From: an uncultured Verrucomicrobiae bacterium
GTDB lineage: Bacteria; Verrucomicrobiota; Verrucomicrobiia; Chthoniobacterales; UBA10450
Direction: 5' to 3'
Length of the DNA stretch: 64,000 bases
Assembly: GCA_963756875.1 (NCBI GenBank)
Contig: CAVWPA010000003.1
Span: 960,001 to 1,024,000, forward strand
Positions 57,610 through 64,000 of the stretch are shown in pieces. The first letter of the stretch is position 1, and every line of letters starts with the position of its first letter. A program made the translations under genes and the position numbers. The notes beneath the pieces are model-generated. The model had not been told where the DNA came from. It searched no databases and was given only the letters and a program-made list of their open reading frames with translations.

Positions 57610-59094
57610 ATGAGCTCGAATCAATGTGATATCGGCCTGATCGGCCTCGCCGTAATGGGCGAAAATCTTGTCCTAAACCTCGAATCGAAGGGCTTTTCCG
57701 TGGCTGTTTTTAATCGCACGACTGAGGTCACTGAAAAGTTCGCGGCGAGTCGGGCCAAAGGGAAAAATATTCAACCTACGAAAACCATCGAGGAGTTCGT
57801 TGCCGCGCTCAAACGGCCGCGCAAAGCGATGATGATGATCAAAGCCGGTAAACCGGTCGATCAGGTCATCGGTGAGCTGACCCCGCTTTTAGAAAAAGGG
57901 GATGTGATTATCGACGGCGGAAATTCGTTGTTCACCGACACGCAGCGCCGCTGCAAGGATTTGGAAGGCCGCGGAATTCATTATGTCGGTTGCGGTGTTT
58001 CCGGCGGCGAAGAAGGGGCGCTCAAGGGTCCGTCGCTGATGCCAGGCGGCTCGCGCGCGTCGTGGGAAATCATCGCGCCCATCTTCCGCAAGATTGCGGC
58101 GCAAGTGGATGGCGAACCGTGTGTCCGGTACATGGGCCCGGATGGCGCCGGCCATTACGTCAAGATGGTGCACAACGGAATCGAGTACGGCGACATGCAG
58201 CTTATTTGCGAGGCCTACGCAATCATGAAGAGCGTCATCGGAATGGATGCATCCCAACTGGCAGACGTCTTTACGGAATGGAACAAGGGCGAGCTCGACA
58301 GCTATCTCATCGAAATTACTTCACAGATTTTTCGCAAGATCGATCCCGATACCGGGAAGCCACTGGTCGACGTGATCCTCGATAAAGCCGGTCAGAAAGG
58401 CACCGGCCTCTGGACGTTGCAATCCGCCATTCAACAGTCGGTCGTTATTTCCACGATCAATGCCGCGGTGGAAGCGCGGGTGATTTCATCCCGCAAAGAC
58501 GAGCGTGTTGCTTCCTCGAAAATTCTTCCGCAACCGAAACCGAGAAAGTATAAAGGTGACCCAAAACAGCTGATCGATGCGGTGCGCAATGCGCTTTATG
58601 CGTCCAAGATCGTTTCTTACGCGCAGGGGATGGAACTTCTTGGGGCCGCCAGCCATCAATACAACTGGAACCTGAACTTCGGCGACATCGCTACCATCTG
58701 GCGTGGCGGATGTATCATTCGCGCCAAATTTTTAAATCGCATCGTGGAAGCGTATCAGCGGAATCCCTCGCTTCATAATCTGCTTCTGGATTCCTATTTC
58801 ACGGACATCATCGCAAAAACGCAGGAGAACTGGCGCGTCGCCGTCTCCGCGGCGATCGAACATGGCGTCGCGGTTCCGGCGTTTTCCGCGTCGCTTGCCT
58901 ATTTCGACAGTTATCGGCAGGCGCGGTTGCCGGCGAATTTGCTGCAGGCGCAACGCGACTTTTTCGGCGCGCATACCTACGAACGGGTCGATAAACCGGG
59001 CGTGTTTCATACCGAATGGCTGGAATCCGATCAAAAATCGTCGCAGAAATCCGCGTCGCCAAAGGAACCATCGCAGCGGCACGCCGCCGAATGA
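57610..59094 (+). CDS. gnd: 6-phosphogluconate dehydrogenase, NADP-dependent, decarboxylating
   Basis: GLAVMG, DGGN, VSGGEEGA, KMVHNGIEYG, QKGTG, QAQRDFFGAH. Confidence 0.97.
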   Translation: MSSNQCDIGLIGLAVMGENLVLNLESKGFSVAVFNRTTEVTEKFAASRAKGKNIQPTKTIEEFVAALKRPRKAMMMIKAGKPVDQVIGELTPLLEKGDVIIDGGNSLFTDTQRRCKDLEGRGIHYVGCGVSGGEEGALKGPSLMPGGSRASWEIIAPIFRKIAAQVDGEPCVRYMGPDGAGHYVKMVHNGIEYGDMQLICEAYAIMKSVIGMDASQLADVFTEWNKGELDSYLIEITSQIFRKIDPDTGKPLVDVILDKAGQKGTGLWTLQSAIQQSVVISTINAAVEARVISSRKDERVASSKILPQPKPRKYKGDPKQLIDAVRNALYASKIVSYAQGMELLGAASHQYNWNLNFGDIATIWRGGCIIRAKFLNRIVEAYQRNPSLHNLLLDSYFTDIIAKTQENWRVAVSAAIEHGVAVPAFSASLAYFDSYRQARLPANLLQAQRDFFGAHTYERVDKPGVFHTEWLESDQKSSQKSASPKEPSQRHAAE

Positions 59095-59158
59095 GGTAGG
59101 GACGCCTTTCCGAGGCGTCCGTGGAATTCGTCGGACATCTCGGAGAGATGTCCCTACC
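59095..59158. repeat. REP-like doublet (GGTAG...CTACC) between convergent gnd and dnaE2
   Basis: GGTAGGGACGCCTTTCCGAGGCGTCC...GGACATCTCGGAGAGATGTCCCTACC. It supplies the dnaE2 stop. Confidence 0.85.
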
Positions 59159-62100
59159 TGAAATCGTGCGACTCGCTCCCAATGAGCCGCTCGTCCAATA
59201 GCGGTTTGATGTCGCGCGTTTTGATCAGCACGACGCCGTCGGAATTTTGCACTTCGCCTGTAATGAGCAAAAAAGCTTCCTCGGTAATGACCAGACGGAA
59301 TCGTTCGAACAAATCCGGATCAACAATGGCATTGGAAACACCGGTCTCGTCTTCGAGGCTGATGAAAACAAATCCTTTCGCGGTCCCGGGGCGTTGACGG
59401 CAAATTACATTTCCAGCGATCTGAACAGTTACGCCATGTTTCGCATGCGTGAGATCGGTCGCGCGCCAGATGTTGGACAACTTCTCGCGCAGCAATTTCA
59501 TCGGATGCGGCCCGGTCGTCAGGTTCATCGTTTCGTAATCCGCGCGCACACGTTCCGGGAGCGTCATCGGAAGAAGCGGCAATTTTCGCGTCCTGGGAGC
59601 GCACGCGCCCTCGCGTGCCACATTCGGCGCCTCGCCGAATGTACAACGAACATCCGAAAAGTCGTCCAAAGCTGAAGAGTTTCCGGCGAGGGCGCCGGAA
59701 ACAGCACGCGAGGCGCGTGCGCTCCCCGGACGATCCAGCAAATCGTCGTGCAGCGTCTTCTCCACTTTCCACATCGCCGCGCGGCGATGATCCGCAAAAC
59801 AATTGAGCGCGCCGAGTTCCGCGAGCGTTCGCAATTCTTCTCTTGAAAATCGAACGCGCCGCTTGAAATCTTCGAGCGAATCGAATCGCCGCTCCTCCCG
59901 TTGTCGAACAAGTTCATCGGCGCGGGCCTGATGCAATCCGTTTACCACGCAAAATCCGAGGCGGACGGTATCGTCGGAAACAACCGAGCAGCGCCATGCC
60001 GATTGTTGCACGCATACCGGCTGCACCTTGATTCCATGCCGGCGCGCATCCTTTACGATCGTGGCAGGTGTATAAAAACCCATCGGCTGATTATTGAGCA
60101 GGCTGACGTAAAACTCCGGGGCGCGATGCACTTTCAAATAGGCGCTCCCATAGGCCAGAATCGCGAAACTGATGGCGTGCGATTCCGGAAACCCGTAAAG
60201 GGCAAACGAGCTGATCGATTGAATAATCTTGTCGATCTTGTCGGGCGCGACCTCTTTCCGCTCCATCGCGGCGCGCAGTTTCAGGCTCACTTTGTTCATC
60301 CGCTCCTCCGATCGGTGAAAACTGAGCGCGCGCCGCAATTCTTCCGCTTCGTTTCCGGAGAAATCGGCCATGATCATGGCGATTTTCAGCATTTGTTCCT
60401 GGAATAACGGAACACCAAGGGTGCGGCCTAAGATCGGCTCCAATCGCGGATCGAAATAAGTCACCGGTTCGCGGCCGGCGCGCCGTGCCAGATAGGGATG
60501 CACCATGTCGCCCTGGATCGGTCCCGGCCGGATGATCGCCACTTCAATTACGACATCGTAAAAACATTTCGGTTTCATCCGTGGCAGCGTGGCCATTTGC
60601 GCGCGGCTCTCGATTTGAAAAACTCCGATCGTGTCGGCCTTCTGCATGATCCGGAATGTGGCTGCGTCGTCCTTGGGAATGTGAGCAAGGTCGAGAGGTC
60701 GCCCACGCTCGCGGCAAAGCTCAAATGCATCCTGCATGACCGACATCATGCCGAGGCCTAACAAATCGACTTTCACGATGCCCAGATCCTCGCAATCGTC
60801 CTTGTCCCATTGCGCAACCACGCGGCCAGGCATCGAGGCATTTTCCAGCGGCACGAACGAGCTCAATTTATTCTGGCAGATGATCATTCCGCCGGAATGC
60901 TGACCGAGATGCCGCGGCAATCCGTAAATGGAGCGATAGAGCCTGGCGAAAGCGGGCATGCGCGGATGCCCTTTTGGCAAACCGGCTTGTTCGATTTGCG
61001 ATTGGAGATCGAGCGTGTGGGGGAAATCGCCGTTTGCGAACAAATGCGAGAAGCGATCGAGAATGCCCGGCGAAAAATTCAGCGCCTTGCCGATTTCACG
61101 AGCGGCGCTTCGCCCGCGATAAGTGATTACGTTCGCCGTCATGGCCGCGCCATGTTTGCCGTAGCGGCGATAAATCTCCTGAATAACGCTTTCACGCCGG
61201 TCGCCGCTGGGAAGATCGAGATCGATATCGGGCCAGCCTTTGCGGCTCTCGTTTAAAAAACGTTCGAAAACGAGATGATTGCTCACCGGATCGACCGGCG
61301 TGATGCCGAGACAATAACAAACAGCGCTGTTCGCGGCGCTGCCACGGCCCTGCACCATGACGTTATGCTCGCGACAAAAATTGATGATGTCCCAGACAAT
61401 CAAAAAATATCCCGAGAAGCCGAGTTTCTGAATCAGTGCCAGTTCCTCTTCGATCTGGCGTTTCACCGCGGCACTAACCGCGGCGTACCGTTGCTGCGCG
61501 CCAAACCAGACGATCGTGCGCAGGAACGAATCCATGCTGTGACCCGCGGGCACGGGAAAATCGGGAAACTCGTAACCGATATTTTCGAGCGAAAATGTGA
61601 GCCGCTCGGCCACGCGCGCCGTGTTTTCGATCGCTTCCGGCAAATCGCGAAAGAGTTCTCGCATTTCGCGATCGCTCTTCAAATAGCGCTCGGCGTTTTG
61701 GGTCAATAGTTTGCCGGCGGCATCCAGGTGCGTGTGCTCGCGAATGCAGGTAAATACGTCGACCACTTCGCGTCCGGATGGCTTGGCATATTCCACGCCG
61801 TTCGTAGCCAGGATCGGCAATCGATGTGCACGGGCGAGATCGACCAGTTCGCGGTTTGCGCGTTCTTCGCCACGCACAAAATGCCGCTGGATTTCCACGA
61901 AAACATTTTCACGGCCAAAGGTGTCGATAAGAAGTTTGGCACCATCTGCGGATTTGTAGGGCGTTTCTGTGAAACGCCGCTCAAGGTTGGTGTCTGACAC
62001 AGACGCCCTACAATTTGCAAGCGATGCGTTGAAAAATGCGACCAGCCCTTCCGCGAATTGCGGCAGCTCCTTCCATTGCACGGCGCATTTTCCTTTCTCG

Positions 62101-62396
62101 CTCCGCAGATGCGCCTGGGTGAGCAGTTCGCACAAATTTTTGTAACCGGCGCGATTTTCGACCAGCACCGGCAAAACAGCGCCATCATCCATCGACAATT
62201 CGCAACCGATGATTGGCCGGACATTGCTCTCGCGCGCGGCGACCGAAAAACGTTGCAACCCGTAAACGCCATTGCGATCGAGCAAAGCCATCGCCGGCAT
62301 CTCCAGTCTGGCTGCGGTCTCGGCCAATTGTTCCGGAAACGAACCGCCGCGCAAAAAACTAAACGCGCTGCAGGCATGTAACTCGATGTAAGACAT
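59154..62396 (-). CDS. dnaE2: Error-prone DNA polymerase III alpha (DnaE2/ImuC)
   Basis: YIELH..SAFSFL PHP start, GRGSAANS, PDIDLD, PRHLGQHSGG, YGFPESH, RQRPGTAKG, C-terminal SHDFR. Confidence 0.95.
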   Translation of the reverse strand: MSYIELHACSAFSFLRGGSFPEQLAETAARLEMPAMALLDRNGVYGLQRFSVAARESNVRPIIGCELSMDDGAVLPVLVENRAGYKNLCELLTQAHLRSEKGKCAVQWKELPQFAEGLVAFFNASLANCRASVSDTNLERRFTETPYKSADGAKLLIDTFGRENVFVEIQRHFVRGEERANRELVDLARAHRLPILATNGVEYAKPSGREVVDVFTCIREHTHLDAAGKLLTQNAERYLKSDREMRELFRDLPEAIENTARVAERLTFSLENIGYEFPDFPVPAGHSMDSFLRTIVWFGAQQRYAAVSAAVKRQIEEELALIQKLGFSGYFLIVWDIINFCREHNVMVQGRGSAANSAVCYCLGITPVDPVSNHLVFERFLNESRKGWPDIDLDLPSGDRRESVIQEIYRRYGKHGAAMTANVITYRGRSAAREIGKALNFSPGILDRFSHLFANGDFPHTLDLQSQIEQAGLPKGHPRMPAFARLYRSIYGLPRHLGQHSGGMIICQNKLSSFVPLENASMPGRVVAQWDKDDCEDLGIVKVDLLGLGMMSVMQDAFELCRERGRPLDLAHIPKDDAATFRIMQKADTIGVFQIESRAQMATLPRMKPKCFYDVVIEVAIIRPGPIQGDMVHPYLARRAGREPVTYFDPRLEPILGRTLGVPLFQEQMLKIAMIMADFSGNEAEELRRALSFHRSEERMNKVSLKLRAAMERKEVAPDKIDKIIQSISSFALYGFPESHAISFAILAYGSAYLKVHRAPEFYVSLLNNQPMGFYTPATIVKDARRHGIKVQPVCVQQSAWRCSVVSDDTVRLGFCVVNGLHQARADELVRQREERRFDSLEDFKRRVRFSREELRTLAELGALNCFADHRRAAMWKVEKTLHDDLLDRPGSARASRAVSGALAGNSSALDDFSDVRCTFGEAPNVAREGACAPRTRKLPLLPMTLPERVRADYETMNLTTGPHPMKLLREKLSNIWRATDLTHAKHGVTVQIAGNVICRQRPGTAKGFVFISLEDETGVSNAIVDPDLFERFRLVITEEAFLLITGEVQNSDGVVLIKTRDIKPLLDERLIGSESHDFR
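59595..59726. repeat. GGGAGCGCACGCG-family palindromic element inserted in-frame in dnaE2
   Basis: GGGAGCGCACGCGCCCTCGCGTGC..TTCGGCGCCTCGCCGAA-spacer-TTCCGGCGAGGGCGCCGGAA..GCACGCGAGGCGCGTGCGCTCCC. Confidence 0.85.
61955..62012. repeat. REP-like doublet inserted in-frame in the dnaE2 PHP domain
   Basis: TGTAGGGCGTTTCTGTGAAACGCC...GGTGTCTGACACAGACGCCCTACA, the same family as 24250. Confidence 0.85.
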
Positions 62397-62403
62397 GGGA
62401 GGC

Positions 62404-62473
62404 TGTAGCGGCGGTCTATGATCGTCGCTCGATATCAATGGTTGCGACCCCGAAAGCATTCGGGGCCGCTACA
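62404..62473. repeat. REP-like doublet between imuB and dnaE2
   Basis: TGTAGCGGCGGTCTATGATCGTCGC...CCCCGAAAGCATTCGGGGCCGCTACA. Confidence 0.75.
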
Positions 62474-62482
62474 GGTGGCTGG

Positions 62483-63607
62483 CTAATCATAAATCCCGTC
62501 GACCTTCCACGTTCCGTCGCTTTCATGAGCGCGAATCACTTCGCCATCCTCCAGTTGCAGGTCCCACTCGGCGCGCGCCCACGATTTTTCGTCCCACCAA
62601 TTGCCGGAAAGCGAATAAGGGCCTCGCTGGTTCGCGATGTTGCCGTTGACTTTCGCGCTCTGAAGAAAAGCGGGAATATTTTCCGAAATAAAAACCGACG
62701 CAGGGGCGGCTGATCGAAATCGGCGCAACGCTGCACCTTCCCTCACCGCCGTGCCACAGGACGTTCGCTTCTCCCTCTCTCCCGCTGGGAGAGACGGACG
62801 CGAAGCGCCAGTGAGGGTAAATGAGCGGGGTGGGGAGAGGGGAGGGTAAGGGCCATCAGTTCCATTCGCGTTCGCGCTCAAATTCCACATAAACGGTTCT
62901 ATCCGGAACGCGTCCGGCCGATGTGTTTCTTCCAAAACAGGCGTGCCCACCCGGTCCGCGCCAAGCAACGCGCTCAAACGCGCAAGTGTTTCATAGAGTC
63001 GATGTGGATTGCGCAACGACGTCTCGAACAATCCAAATTGCCGCGAGGCGGGCCGGATTGGCTGCGCGATTAACGCGACAGCAACGATCGGATGGTTCGC
63101 TTTGAAATTTTCCAGATGCGTCTGGAGCATTCGGAAAAGAAGATCGACATCATTGGTCGGCTCCGGAATTTTAAAAACGCGTTCGTAAATCTGCTTGTCC
63201 GTGAAAGCGATCCGCAGGGTCAGTTCCTTGCTGACGAGATAGATGCTGCTTAACCGCAACGCGAGCTGTTCCAAAAACCGCCGCAGCATAAAAAAGAGCG
63301 GCTCCGCCGTTTCGATCTCGTTTTCGAATTCGAAACTTTCCTCGAACGACTCCGGCGGTTGGACAAATTGAAGTAATCGAGTGGAGTGGCCATTGGCGCG
63401 TTCCCAAAGCCGGGCCGCTTCGGGGCCAAGTCGCGCACGAAGCTCCTCTTTATCCAGCGCAGCAAACTGGCCGAGCGTGTGAATCCCCCACTTGTGCAGG
63501 ATGCCGAGGATCTCTTCTGTAATTGCGCGTTGGCCTCCGGCTCGGAGAGCCATACGGTTCGGAAAGGCGTTGTCCCTTCTGGCCCTTCTTAAATTAGAGC
63601 GCTCCAT
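62483..63607 (-). CDS. imuB: ImuB-like inactive Y-family polymerase, N-terminally truncated
   Basis: LHKWGIHTLGQF thumb, little-finger region, QFGLF clamp motif, THRPDAF, GP...SGNWW...GIYD C-terminus. It lies directly upstream of dnaE2. Confidence 0.8.
   Translation of the reverse strand: MERSNLRRARRDNAFPNRMALRAGGQRAITEEILGILHKWGIHTLGQFAALDKEELRARLGPEAARLWERANGHSTRLLQFVQPPESFEESFEFENEIETAEPLFFMLRRFLEQLALRLSSIYLVSKELTLRIAFTDKQIYERVFKIPEPTNDVDLLFRMLQTHLENFKANHPIVAVALIAQPIRPASRQFGLFETSLRNPHRLYETLARLSALLGADRVGTPVLEETHRPDAFRIEPFMWNLSANANGTDGPYPPLSPPRSFTLTGASRPSLPAGEREKRTSCGTAVREGAALRRFRSAAPASVFISENIPAFLQSAKVNGNIANQRGPYSLSGNWWDEKSWARAEWDLQLEDGEVIRAHESDGTWKVDGIYD
62773..62846. repeat. CCCTCTC...GGGAGAG...GTGAGGG repeat in-frame in imuB
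   Basis: CTCTCCCGCTGGGAGAG hairpin plus GTGAGGG and GGGGAGAGGG, resembling 46867-46955. Confidence 0.6.
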
Positions 63608-63636
63608 GCGCCCAAATTAAGCAAAGCAAGGAAATA

Positions 63637-63650
63637 TGTTCAAGCGAACA
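63637..63650. promoter_or_regulatory. LexA (SOS) box, Verrucomicrobia type TGTTC-N4-GAACA
   Basis: TGTTC-AAGC-GAACA lies about 30 nt upstream of the imuB ATG. Confidence 0.85.
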
Positions 63651-63685
63651 TTTCGGCCAGGGCAGCCGGAAATCTGGTTCCGCCG

Positions 63686-64000
63686 TTATTTTTGGCCAAG
63701 CAGCCTCGCTTTCACGTCGTCCGGGAGCGACGAGTTAGCGACCCAGGTTCTCGCGGCGTTCGAATCGGTGTTCAACCAGTTGCGAACGACGGCTTCGACC
63801 TGGCTATTGCGCATTCCTTCATTGCCAATGCTCTCTGCCCATTGCACCGCACTGGATGGATCGGACCTGGCGATGCGGCGCGCATACGCCGTGACTGCCG
63901 CGTCTCGCGAATCGCTTTGCGGCAATTCGCTTAACCAGGTGCCGGCGCCGTAAGTGTCGATTTCCGACCAGCGATTGATCAGGCTCTCAAAGGCGCGCTG
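63686..64000 (-). CDS. Helical-repeat hypothetical protein, C-terminal part (5' end outside window)
   Basis: Open frame from the window end: QRAFESLINRWSEID...DPSSAVQWAESI...WLNTDSNAARTWV. Confidence 0.7.
   Translation of the reverse strand, partial: QRAFESLINRWSEIDTYGAGTWLSELPQSDSRDAAVTAYARRIARSDPSSAVQWAESIGNEGMRNSQVEAVVRNWLNTDSNAARTWVANSSLPDDVKARLLGQK

Noticed and set aside
361..63953. Numerous long antisense ORFs in the six-frame track (e.g. 361-1020, 4889-5719, 35339-36283)
   Set aside because: They are shadows of well-supported genes on the opposite strand in GC-rich DNA.
1..64000. CRISPR array, cas genes, prophage, integrase or intact transposase
   Set aside because: I saw no regularly spaced direct repeats with unique spacers and no ORFs with such motifs. 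The repeats are dispersed palindromes or short tandem units.

Overview
This is a core-chromosome window, most likely from a Verrucomicrobiota (Chthoniobacterales-like) bacterium. That assignment is inferred from a TGTTC-N4-GAACA LexA box, the divergent FtsZ and the gene content. It carries ftsA(3')-ftsZ, a family-B DNA polymerase, rnpB, ispH, acnA, deoC-ALDH, guaD-nadC-birA, trpD, an ABC exporter, a serpin, a Wzy/Wzc/Wza polysaccharide locus, pgsA-moaE, gnd, an SOS-boxed imuB'-dnaE2 cassette and four tRNAs (His, Arg, Lys, Gly). I saw no CRISPR array, prophage or intact transposase. Six features stand out. (1) Several families of short palindromic REP/MITE-like repeats fill intergenic spaces, supply stop codons, nest inside each other, and sit in-frame in polB, dnaE2 (twice) and imuB, and inside RNase P RNA. 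(2) The PolB has an intact polymerase site but has lost all three exonuclease motifs. (3) The mutasome cassette is minimal: no imuA and an N-terminally truncated ImuB. (4) A candidate attenuator/riboswitch lies ahead of guaD-nadC-birA. (5) A duplicated palindromic operator links a winged-helix regulator to ispH. (6) Two +1 frameshifts both adjoin the hexamer CAGTAC. All calls come from reading motifs by eye; no searches were run.
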